DNA of 64,000 nt, taken from NCBI GenBank assembly GCA_049999805.1, contig JBNGIO010006141.1:151057-215056 (forward strand). The letters are read 5' to 3'. The position numbers and the translations under genes were made by a program. The stretch comes from Folioceros fuciformis. Its lineage: Eukaryota. This document shows positions 37,643-48,650 of this stretch, piece by piece. The notes below the pieces were generated by a model, which made no database searches, was not told the origin of the DNA, and saw nothing but the letters and a program-made list of their open reading frames with translations. The stretch's first letter is position 1. Every line of letters begins with the position of its first letter.

Positions 37643-37940
37643 CACCACCACTGACGCAAAGGATCCATCTTCCGGAGAGCTGGTGCTCAAGGCCGTGTCG
37701 GAGCAGCAGAAGGAAGATGCCTTGTGCGGGCATGCTGAGAAGTTGGCCCTGGCTTTCGGCCTTCTTAACACTCCGGATGGCACCCCTCTCATAGTCACCA
37801 AAAACCTTCGCATGTGCCAGGACTGTCACAGTGGCACAAAGATCGTCTCCCATCTCGAGCAGCGCTCCATCATCGTTCGAGACATTCACCGAGTACACCA
37901 TTTCGTGGATGGCAGCTGCTCGTGCGGGGATTGGCACTGA
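37611..37940 (+). other. Tandemly duplicated DYW:KP catalytic module forming a 109-aa stand-alone ORF (small gene or pseudogene)
   Basis: Bases 37378-37667 are repeated at 37676-37965. HAE, CxxC and the terminal Zn site are intact. Confidence 0.7.
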
Positions 37941-38291
37941 CACCACCACTGAAGCAAAGGATCCAGGAAGATGGTAAATAGTTACGGACGATGAAAGCCC
38001 TCCATCCATCTACCAGGTGATCAGCTTGGCTTCGTGATCGGACAGCCCCTGCTCGCAACTGTGCACACTGTGCAGTAGAGAGAAGCCAGGGTTTCCGAAA
38101 GCTCAAGACCTCAGGAGGAAGGGAGGTAAGCCAGCGTCTCTTCAGGACAAAGCGAACACCAGCCTTGGGGATAGTTCCGTAGTGCGTTCCTCGGATAGGT
38201 CTCACTCCTCGTCTGATCGAACTTGTGTATCACACATTCAGTCCCGTGGGTCAAGATGCGCAGATGCATGCACCATCAACGTCTTTCCCTT

Positions 38292-41006
38292 TCACTCACC
38301 ATCTCCACATGAACAAACGCCATCCGAAAAGGTGTGCACGCGGTGTGCATCTCTGACTATGATAAGCCTCTGCTCGAGTCGGGACATGACCTTGGTGCTA
38401 CTATGGCAGTCATTGCACATGCGAAGATTTTTATTGACCAGCAGAGGTGTGCCATTCGGAGTGTTGAGAAGACCGTAGGCCAGGGCCAGCTTCTCGGCGT
38501 GGCCGCACAGAGTGTCCTCCTTCTCCTGCTCAGACCCTGCCCTGAGCACAAGGTCCGTTCGTGGCACATGCCCTCCTTCCTCCTTCAGCCTCGAAGTAAC
38601 GCTCCTGACCTGAGAAGAGATGTCAGCCCTCTCCTCTCCTACCGTGAACTCATGCACCCTTTTTTTCACTTCGATGCATGCCTTGGCGGGCTTCTTCCAG
38701 GCACCAGCAGCCTTTCGCATCGCTTCTACAGTGTCCACATCAGCCCACCTTCCTGCAGTTGCATAGATGCTGCCCAACAAAACATAGGCAGAGGCACTCT
38801 CAGGTTCCAGTTCAACAACACGGTCGAAACACCGCCTTCCCCGCTCTACATCACCGTGACCTTTGCAGGCAGTGAGCAGAGATGTCCAGCCCACCACGTC
38901 TTTCCGGCCAGGCATGCTCTGCAGCATACCCTCTGCCTCATCCAGATGGCCCGAGCGGCCAAGGAGATCAATCATGCAGCTGTAATGGGAAGCTGTGGGC
39001 ACGATGCCGTGCTTCTCCACCATGTTGCTGAAATACTGCTTGCCCTGGAGCACTAGGCCCGCATGACTGCACGCCACAAGAAGACAGATGTATGTCGTGT
39101 CGTTAGGTGCGCAGCCCTGTTGGCACATCTCCTCGAAATACTGCACCGCTCTTTCACCATCGCTGTGCTCAGCGCAGCCATTGAGCAGAGCATTCCACGT
39201 GACCACATCCCTGTCGGGCAACGAGTCGAACACGGTGCGAGCATCCTCCAAGCTCCCGCATTTGGCGTACATGTCCACAAGGCCACTGCCGATAAACACG
39301 TCGGCTTCCAGCCCTTGTTCCCTGATGTGCGCATGGAGCTCCTTGGCCTGCTGCACGGCTCCAGCATTGGCACACGCATGAAGGAGGCACATGTACGAGA
39401 CACGATTGGGTGCACACATGCCCTCCTCCATCATGCTCCCATACAGAGAAAGGGCTTCTCCCCCGAACCCCAGCTGCGAGTATCCTGCCATCATCGTGTT
39501 CCAAGTCACAACATCCCTGGCGGACAATCCGTCAAAAACCCTGCGAGCATCATCCAAGCTCCCGCACTTGGCATACATGTCCACAAGGGCATTAGCCACC
39601 GACAGGTCATGTTCCAGCCCGGTGCCGCGAATCTGTGCGTGCAGCTGCTGCCCCTGAAGAAGCTCTCCGGCACTGGCACACGCTTGAAGCAGGCAGACGA
39701 AGGTAACAGGGTTCGCCGGGGGGGGCATTGTGCGGTACAGAGCAAGCGCTTCGTGGCCAAGGCCATGCTGTGCATACCCTGAGAGCATGGCCGTCCACGT
39801 GACGACATCTCGGGAAGGCAATCCGTCGAACACCTTCCGGGCATCCTCCAAGCTGCCGCACTTGGCATACATGTTCACCAGGCTGCTACCCACAGAAACA
39901 TCCCACTCCAGCCCTCTTTCCCGTATCTGTGCGTGGAGCTGCTTCCCCTGATGCAGCACACTGGCCCCCACAGCCGCACACGCTTTCAACAGGCACACGA
40001 AGGAAACCGCGTCTGGCAGCAGCCCTGCCTCCCCTGACTGTTGCTGTTGCTGCTGCTGCTGCTGCTGCTGCACCCCCTGTGCGTACAGGGCGAGCGCTTC
40101 TCGACCCAACCCCTGTTGCACGTAGGCAGCGATCATAGCAGTCCATGTCACCGTGCTTCTGCTCCCGGCGGGCAGACTGTCGAACACCTTCCGCGCGTCG
40201 TCCAAGCTCCCGCACTTGGCATACATGTGCAACAAGCTGTTGGCCACGAAAGTGTTGGGCCTCACAGAGCTTGTCAGGATGTGGGTATGCACATCCTTCC
40301 CTGCCTCCAGATCCCCAGCTGCCGCACACGCCTTGAGCACAGCCACGAAGATGTGGTTGTCGGGGCTGGCACCGGACTCCCGCATCCGACGATAGAGGCA
40401 GACGGCCCGGGCAGGCTCCCCGTTGTGGGCATGCGCCAGGATGATGGAGGACCACATGTGGGCCGTGGGAGTCGGCACCTTGCTGAACACCCCGACCGCC
40501 TCCTCCAATTTGCCGTGCCCGCCATACATGCCGATAATGTGCGTGGCCAGGAATGCATCGGACTGGAAGCCGCTTCTCACAGCCAGGGAGTGAAGGCGGC
40601 GGCCGGATGCCAGATCCCGTGCTGCGATGCATCGCCTGAGTGCGCGGAAGAGGAGTGAGGTAGTGATGTCGCAGCCTCGTTGCAGCAGCCCATGCAGAGC
40701 CTCCACAGCATCGCTCACCTCACCACTCTCCAGCAGCAGCATGGGATCCGTGCTGTCCCTCCACACCTCTTGTTTCCTCCACCCGACATGTTCCTGTTCC
40801 TCCAAGTCTACCACCACTCTGGAAGCCGCTGCTGCCGGCCACGAACGGCTCAAGCACACGAATCCCAGCTGCTGCTGCTGCCTGCATAGTCTCTCCTCTC
40901 TGAATGGCAGCACCCTTGGAGAGACAGCACTTGGCGAGTGTGCACTTGAGGCAAGCGCTGGCTGCCGCTGCTGCCCTACCACCAAGCTTTGAAGATGCAA
41001 AGCCAT
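38292..41006 (-). CDS. PLS-class PPR with DYW:KP-type domain (ends DGE)
   Basis: First ATG at 41006 (MALHLQ; the ORF-track start at 41054 is TTG). PLS array with a Q11 insert, WKKPAKACIEV, HAEKLALAYG, MCNDCH, CSCGDGE. Confidence 0.95.
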   Translation of the reverse strand: MALHLQSLVVGQQRQPALASSAHSPSAVSPRVLPFREERLCRQQQQLGFVCLSRSWPAAAASRVVVDLEEQEHVGWRKQEVWRDSTDPMLLLESGEVSDAVEALHGLLQRGCDITTSLLFRALRRCIAARDLASGRRLHSLAVRSGFQSDAFLATHIIGMYGGHGKLEEAVGVFSKVPTPTAHMWSSIILAHAHNGEPARAVCLYRRMRESGASPDNHIFVAVLKACAAAGDLEAGKDVHTHILTSSVRPNTFVANSLLHMYAKCGSLDDARKVFDSLPAGSRSTVTWTAMIAAYVQQGLGREALALYAQGVQQQQQQQQQQQSGEAGLLPDAVSFVCLLKACAAVGASVLHQGKQLHAQIRERGLEWDVSVGSSLVNMYAKCGSLEDARKVFDGLPSRDVVTWTAMLSGYAQHGLGHEALALYRTMPPPANPVTFVCLLQACASAGELLQGQQLHAQIRGTGLEHDLSVANALVDMYAKCGSLDDARRVFDGLSARDVVTWNTMMAGYSQLGFGGEALSLYGSMMEEGMCAPNRVSYMCLLHACANAGAVQQAKELHAHIREQGLEADVFIGSGLVDMYAKCGSLEDARTVFDSLPDRDVVTWNALLNGCAEHSDGERAVQYFEEMCQQGCAPNDTTYICLLVACSHAGLVLQGKQYFSNMVEKHGIVPTASHYSCMIDLLGRSGHLDEAEGMLQSMPGRKDVVGWTSLLTACKGHGDVERGRRCFDRVVELEPESASAYVLLGSIYATAGRWADVDTVEAMRKAAGAWKKPAKACIEVKKRVHEFTVGEERADISSQVRSVTSRLKEEGGHVPRTDLVLRAGSEQEKEDTLCGHAEKLALAYGLLNTPNGTPLLVNKNLRMCNDCHSSTKVMSRLEQRLIIVRDAHRVHTFSDGVCSCGDGE

Positions 41007-41343
41007 GCGGCCAGCCCGCCTCTGGCTTGGCCTTGGAAACCTAGGATGGCTCAATGAGGCTGGCCCAGAGACATATCATGCTGCCATGTCACGCAGCCCT
41101 GTGCCATCCCGTCCCTCTCAAGCAACGAGGGCACACAAACACAAAAAAATGCGGGTGTGCGGTTTGCTCCAACCTTGCTAGCTCCGCATCACTCTCCTTG
41201 ATTCGGACCGCATCGTCTTCTTTCACGCAGAGAAAATGTCCATGTCCCTGTCCTGTCCCTGCCCCTGGACGGGTTGGACCAACCCGACTGTGGATATACG
41301 CTGTTTCTCTTGGAATACGTGATGCCAACTATGGCATGCCAAA

Positions 41344-44300
41344 GCCTTGGTGGAGTAACACCCACTTCAACGGGGTGGGGGCAGAAACACGCAGTTAGAA
41401 GCCAAAGCAAGGGTCAGTTTTAAACACGGACACATCACTGGGCCTCCAAGTAGCCCGCCCTCCTCCTACACTAGACTTCCAAGTAGGCCGCCCTCCTCCT
41501 ACACTTAGACCTCCAAGTAGCCCGCCCTGCTCTTTATTCAAATCACGAGTCAACAAGAACATACAGCGCTGAAGGGTTAGAGAGAACTCCCCATAGGAGT
41601 TTCGGAGTCTAGGAGTTTAACAGCTCCTTCACAACACCTTTCATGTGTAGGAGTCTAGGAGTTTAGGAGTCTAGGAGTTCAACACCTTTCATGTGTAGGA
41701 GTTTAGGAGTCTAGGAGTTTAGCAGCTCCTTCACAGCACCTTTCATGTGCTCTCACAGCCCAAGCAACACATGCTCTCAAGGCGTAGCCCAAGCACCCCG
41801 TGCTCTCAAGGCTTTGAGGACGTACCCATCTCAACTCAACTTGCCTTAGCCCTTGGCTAGGTCCCCTTTTATACACAAGCTCAAGTCACTAACTTAGCAA
41901 CTACTTACTTAAGCATTTACTTAAGCCTTAAGCAATTATTCACTACCACACACTTTTTCCTAGGGTTGCATGCTTCTCATGCTCTTAGTAACCTGCTCTG
42001 CTAAACATGCCTCTGCATGGAGCTTACTTGCTTGGCACTCAAACCAGCGTTGTTACTTCCTCCCCCACTAGGAAAGAATCACTATCCTCAGTGATAACCA
42101 GTGTAACGAGCAATCATCCAAGAGCCTCTCTGAATAGCCTCTAATGTTACCCAAACTGGTGTTGAGATCCCACGCAACTTTACCACATATTGTGGTAGAG
42201 TTCCACGTCTCGTAGCCACGCTACCTTCTGCAAGGAATTCCTCAATCTCCTGCAGTCTTTGATCATGCTGCACCAAGATACTGTACTTCTTCCTGTCCAT
42301 ATCCTCTTTCTCTTTGCCTAGCACAAATGGTTTCAACATAGATACATGAAACACATTATGTGCAAAAATCCAGTCACGCAAGTCTAACTTGTAAGCCAAT
42401 TCTCCAATGCACTTCAAGACAACATATGGACCTCCAAACTTTGGTCTCAACTTTAAAGACAATCCTTGGGGTAGTGTGAAATGCTTCAGTTTCACCCAAA
42501 CTTTATCCCCAACATTGAAGACAGTTTCTCTCCTGTGCTTATCAGCATATCTCTTTTGACGTGCTTGAGCATTGGCTAATATCTTTTGGGCAACCTCATG
42601 CCTAGCCTTCAATTGCTCAACAAATTGGCGTGGATCTCCAGTGGTAATGTCGAAAACTTCAGCATTTAACATGGATACCACATCCAAAGCTGAATTTCCA
42701 CTCATCTCAAAGGGACTACATCCCAGGGAGCTATGTACTGTGTTATTGTAACAAAACTCCGTATCATCAAGATGATCAGCCCAATCTCTCTGATCAATCT
42801 GCACATAGTGCCTCAAATATTCTTCTTGAATTCGGTTGACTCGCTCAGTTAATCCATCAGTATCTGGATGGTATGCAGTACTCATGCATAGCTGCACATT
42901 CAAACTCTTCATCAAATGCTGCCAGAACTCTCCTGTGAATCTTGGATCTCTATCGCTCACAATCTGCCCGGGCAAGCCATGATACTTGTACACATACTTT
43001 TTGAACAAGTTTGCTGCCTCAGAAGCGGTCACTCACTTCTTGGTGGGGATGAAGTGTGCTTGTCTGGTGAATCTATTAACCACTGTCATGATAGCTGTAA
43101 ATCCATTACTGGGAGGCAAGGGCATGATGAAGTCCATAGAAATACTTTTCCATGGGCCTCTTGGGATAGGTAGAGGCTGTAATAAACCTCTCGGCTTAGC
43201 CTGCTCAACCTTGTCCTGCTGACAAACAGCACATGCCTTGACATAATCCAATGTATCTTGATAAATTCCTTGCCAATAGAACAGTCTCCTCAACTTCTCA
43301 TAAGTTGAATCACCTCCACGGTGACCAGTACTTGGCACATCATGACACTCAGCAAGCAATTTCCTCTTCAACCCTACAGAGTTAGGGATCACAACTCTCT
43401 TCTGTTTGTATATCAACAAACCATCGCTGAGTTTGAACTTGCTTCCTTTCTTTGCTACCCCATTCATCGAGTCCTGCACTTCAGGATCTTGCAGATAAGC
43501 TTCTTTTATCTCTTTGTGAGCATCCAAAGGTTCAATCACAATTGCCATTGCTTTCACGTATTGACTCTACTTGCGGCTCAGCACATCTACAACCTTATTC
43601 TCTTTTCCAGGTTTATATCTAAGAGTCACGTCATACATAGCTAGGAAATCTTGCCATCTAGCTTGCCTCGTATTCAACTTCAACTGGTTTGAGAAGTACG
43701 TCGTGCTGATATTATTAGTATACAGCACAAAAGACCTACCCAAGAGATAGTCTCTCCAAGCCTTCAGACAGTGGATGACAGTAGTCATTTCCTTCTCATA
43801 GGTGGGATACTTCCTCTCATAAGGATGCAACTTCCTTGACTCAAAAGCTAACGCCTTTTGGTCCTGCATCAAAACTCCACCTATAGCCACATTTGAGGCA
43901 TCACAATACACTTCCACATCTTTCCTGGGCTCATACATTCCCAACACCGAAGTCGTGCTCAACTTCTTCTTCAAGCATTCAAAGGCTGCTTGACACTCAA
44001 CATCCCATTTCCAAGCTTTTGCTGTCTTCAAGAGGTCAGTTATGGGGGCTGCTATCTTAGAAAACATATGTACAAACTTCCTGTACACAGAAGCCAAACC
44101 CATAAAACTTCGCACCTCATGAATATTTTGAGGGGGCTGCCAATCCTGAATGGCCTTAACTTTATCAGGATCCATCCTGATGCCCTCGGCAGAGACAATG
44201 AAACCTAAGAATGAAATTTCTGTCTTGACAAAGTCACACTTCTTGATTGCCAAGAACAAAGAATTCTCTTTTCGTCTTTGTAACACTTTCCTCAAGTGTT

Positions 44301-47300
44301 CAACATGTTCCTCCAAGGTATGACTATAGATCAAAATGTCATCCAGATAGATTACAACACACTTGTCCACAAGATCTATGAATATAGTATTCATAAGAGT
44401 CTGAAATGTAGCAGGTGCGTTAGTAAGTCCAAATGGCATGACAAGGAACTCAAAAGATCCATACCTTGTTCTACATGCTGTTTTGTACTCATGCCCCTCA
44501 TCAATCCTGATCTGATAGTACCCTGCCATCAAGTCTAGCATGGTGAAATACTTGGCACCCTTCAACCTGTCAAACATGTTGTCCATTATCGGCAAAGGAT
44601 ATGCATTCTTGATTGTGATCTGGTTCAAAGCTCTGTAATCCAGACACAATCTAAGCCCTCCATTCTTTTTGCGCGTGAATAACACAGGCGCACCAAAGGG
44701 AGACTTAGAAACTCTGACATATCCCTTTGCCAACAGGTTGGATAGTTGTCGTTTGAGTTCTTGCAACTCATCTTGTGACAATCTATATGGTGCTCTCAAA
44801 GGAGGTGTACTCCCTGGCCTCAACTCAATTTCATGATCCACAACTCTGCGAGACGGCAATGGTGGCAACTCATATGGCATCAAGTCCTTGAACTCATCTA
44901 GTACAGCTTGTACTTCTTTTGGGATGTGTCCTTCTCCTCTATAGAATCTTCTTCCAAACCATCCTCTAGTCCTTGGAGTACAACCAAGTATAACTCCTTC
45001 TTTTTCCTGAGGTCTTTCTTGAGCTCTCTTTTTGTAATCAGATGTACTGATACGCTCTCAAGCCTCTGGCTACAGCTAGCACAAACTCACTTTGTGCTTT
45101 CTGGATATCTCGATAGTGCGTGACTTAACATCCATTTGTACTTCATTAGATCTCAACCACTCCAGACCTAGGATGATATCATGGTCATCCATCTCGATTA
45201 CTGTAAAACTCACACTTCCTTGCCATGCATCAACTTGCAGCTTTACTCCATGCAATTCACCCAGAAATTGCAGAGTTTCTTTAGCTTGCTTGATTCTATA
45301 TGGCGTGGAAGTTTCAGTCCAATCAAGGCCAAGCTCTCTTGCCTTACGTGGAGTCACAAAATTATGGGTGGCTGCAAAATATAACAATAGCTCAACATCC
45401 AAGTCATTGATCTTGCCACATATATACATCAAGTCTCCACCCTCCCTGGAAATAGTGTCATCCTTGACACTTGATGACTCACCACATGTCCTCACAACAT
45501 GTGGCCCTTGGCGTCACCTAGACTCGTCAGGGAGCTCTTGGATCCTGGCTCTAGGAGCAGGTGGATTTGCGGCAACTAAATTCAAGTTGGGAGCTCCTGC
45601 ATGTGGACAGTTTCTAGCAAAATGTCCTTGCTCTCCACAACTATAACATACACCAGAGGTAGGTGCTACACATCGTCTTCCACGACTCTTGTTATCACCT
45701 CTACCTCGGCTTCTAGCAGTAGTCTCAGCAGTTGCACTATTCCCAGTGGTGGTGGCTCGTCCTCTGCCTCTAGATCTACCCTAAGATCTAGGATATCTCC
45801 CCTTGGAGATTGGAGCCTCTTGGACAAACATGTCCGGTATGGCATCTGCTGTTGCCATAGCCTCTAGCAACGTTTGAGGATTAGTCAATGCAATCCTGTT
45901 TTGAGCCCATCTCTTAAGGCCAGTAGTAAACTTGTGGAGTTTGTCCTGCTCATGCATCTTAGGACATTGCAAGCCAATAGAGCTGAATTCACTCACATAC
46001 TCCCGCAAAGTTCCAATATGCTTGACATTGTCGAGCATCCTTCGCGCCAAACTTGCAGCATTAGCTGGTTGGAAACGGAGTTGCAGCGCTTCCTTGAAGT
46101 CTGCCCATGTGAAGATTGTTGCTCTACGATTGCCTTGCCTTGCGTTCTCTACGTAAGTCCTCCACCAAGTAAGAGCATACTCGTCTAAGAAATTCGAGAC
46201 GTGCTTCAAGTACTCGTCTTGCGGCACTCCGCATGATTCCAAGTACGCTTCCAAAGAGAAATTATGAGAATAGGGTGTTAATACATTAGGTTTCGTTTGG
46301 TGAATGCGTTCATAGCTACTATAAGTCTAGGTGCCCGTTCATTTGGGTTACGTCCTTTATGAANNNNNNNNNNTAATTGTTTTATAGCAATTGGTCTACA
46401 CCAATTTCCATATTTTCTCAAGAAAAACCAAGAACTGATTTTCTCTACGTCACGCTCGCCTTTGTAACTCTTAGGCGCTGGAACACTCAATCTCAACTTC
46501 TTGTTGTTCTTAGGAGCACTGATCTCAGGCTCGGGCTCCACTTCTTCTTCTTCTGGCTGTTCATCAACGAGCCTACGTTTGCCTTTGATCTCTTGATCAA
46601 GGGCATAAGTCTCCTCATGATTTTTTGGAGCTTGTCCTCTATGGTGGTACCGGTCCTTTGCTCCGAAGTTCCTTTCTCTGTCGTTCTCACGACTTGAGGA
46701 TCCGCCTGTATCTCTTCCACAACGGCTTCGGTAAGCGGGGCCTTATCCTTCCTGCGGCGTACCCTCTCTGCTCTGCCTAGCTCAGCAGGATCTGCCATCG
46801 TTAACTTGCGTACTAGTCAAGGATGCTTCAACCTATGCCTTGGTGGAGTAACACCCCTTTCAATGGGGTGGGGCAGAAGCACGCAGTTAGAAGCCAAAGC
46901 AAGGGTCAGTTTTAAACACCGGACACAGCACTAGGTCTCCAAGTAGCCCGCCCTCCTCTTGTAGGAGGACTCGCAGCCAGCACCCTTACTGTTGCTCTTC
47001 ACCCTTGCTGCTGCTCTTTATTCAAATCACGAGTCAACAAGAACATATAGAGTTGGAGGGCTAGAGAGAACTCCCCATCTTTGCCTAAGCTAGGAGTTTA
47101 GCTCTCTCTTCTCTTGACCTCCTCCCGCAGCTCCTTCACAGCGCCTTTCATGTGCTCTCACAGCCCAAGCAACACATACTCTCAAGGCGTAGCCCAAGCA
47201 CCTCGTGCTCTCAAGGCTTTGAGGACATACCCATCTCAACTCAACTGAACTTGCCTTAGCCTTTGGCTAGATCCCCTTTTATACACAAACTCAAGACACT

Positions 47301-47580
47301 AACTGAGCAACTACTTACTTAAGCATTTACTTTAACTTTAAGCTATTATTCACTAACACACATTTTTTTTCTAGGGCTGCATGCTTCTCATCCTTTGCAC
47401 TAACTTAGCAACTACTTACTTAAGCATTTACTTCAATTTTAAGCTATTATACACTAACACACACTTTTTTTCTAGGGCTGCATGCTTCTCATCCTTTGCA
47501 TGGAGTGGCACTCAATCCTTACTTGCGCATGAAGCGTACTTCATGAAGCCTACTTGCTTAGCACTCAAACCAGCGTTGTT
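41344..47580 (-). mobile_element. Ty3/gypsy (chromovirus-like) LTR retrotransposon, inactive
   Basis: Direct repeats at about 41344-42057 and 46837-47580. gag with a CYSCGEQGHFARNC knuckle, protease with a mutated catalytic motif (LLYFAATHNF), RT (YLDD) and RNase H at 43567-44883, integrase at 42088-43557 with a chromo-like tail. PPT at 42058-42069. Multiple in-frame stops. Confidence 0.95.
46262..46420. mobile_element. Nested AT-rich insertion in gag, containing an assembly gap (N x10 at 46364-46373)
   Basis: Flanked by a duplicated AGAAA (46257-46261 and 46421-46425). Near-terminal TGAGAA...TTCTCA inverted repeat. Removing it restores gag SWFFSLEAY. Confidence 0.7.
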
Positions 47581-47598
47581 TTTGTGGACACTCTCTCA

Positions 47599-47846
47599 CT
47601 CTTACTATTTTAATGGTTTCAGCCGCGAACGGGCTGGATGCTGGTGGCCTAGGAAAGCCCAAACACGGCCCAGTAACCTCTCTTACTATTTTAATGGTTT
47701 CAGCCCCGAACGGGCTGGATGCTGGTGGCCTAGGAAAGCTCAAACACCGCCCAGTAACCTCTCTTACTATTTTAATGGTTTCAGCCCCGAACGGGCTGGA
47801 TGCTGGTGGCCTAGGGCAGAAAGCCCAAACACCGCCCAGTAACCTC
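47599..47846. repeat. 81-bp tandem repeat x3
   Basis: ctcttactattttaatggtttcagccccgaacgggctggatgctggtggcctagg... starts at 47599, 47680 and 47761. Confidence 0.92.
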
Positions 47847-47908
47847 TGTAGCCTGACTGTAAAGAAAAGACCAGAGAGAGCCAATGTGTCCCCTTTGTCA
47901 TGCCATAG

Positions 47909-48235
47909 CAGGACGCGGTAGTGGACCCGGGCCTGGCCCGAATCCGAGGGCGGTTGCATACCGGCGCCAAGTCCAAAAGAAGCGCGACTGGGGATCGGAG
48001 ATTCGGGCCGTGGCTGGGGTCGGGAAACGGGACTGAAGGAACCAGAGCCACAAGCAGAGGCACAACCACAGGCCAGAGCAGAGTCAAGAGATGGTCAGGG
48101 CCGGGCCAGCCCACCCCACAACAACACAACGAAATGCGAACCACCATTCCACCGTCTCGCTTTTTGCTACCTTATTAACCACCAGCAGCTGTAGCAGCAA
48201 CAGCAGCGGCATAAGCAACAGGAAGCATCTGGCAT
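47909..48235 (+). repeat. Diverged copy of the SERK upstream block at 52617-52990
   Basis: Shared colinear segments caggacgcggta, tggcccgaatccgag, aaaagaagcgcga, ggagattcgggcc, ggaaacgggactgaagg, gggccagcccacccca, ttgctacctta.taaccaccagcagc. Confidence 0.85.
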
Positions 48236-48650
48236 CATCTGGAACATCTTAAGCAGACAGAACAGGCGCCAGGAGGTGCTTTGTCTTGACCGCCGTAATC
48301 GAATGACCTCGAATGTTCCCCAACCACCACCTTGGTGCTGTAGTGTACATGGACTTATCCTACCATCTGTGCGATTTTTTTTCTCAAGTGCTTCGGTGTC
48401 CTGTTCATATTGTGGCGTTCCAAATAGACCAGCAAATTGTTCTTTTCACGACGACTGTGTCCCTAGGGTTTGCTCTTGACGGCATATCCGATAGCCACCT
48501 GTTCCCTGTGCCCGCACTAATGTTGCACCTCTCTATCATCACTTGTGTCCGGACGCCTTTGAAGAGAGTCCATTTGAATGTGTAGCATGAATTTCTGATA
48601 ACCTTCTCTGTTTGCAAGTAAACAAAGAAGATCGCCAGCAGGCTTCACAC

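Noticed and set aside
32976-40658. Many 100-250 aa antisense and alternative-frame ORFs over the PPR genes (also at 49-52 kb and 60-62 kb)
   Set aside because: Shadow ORFs from GC-rich repetitive coding sequence with no recognisable domains.
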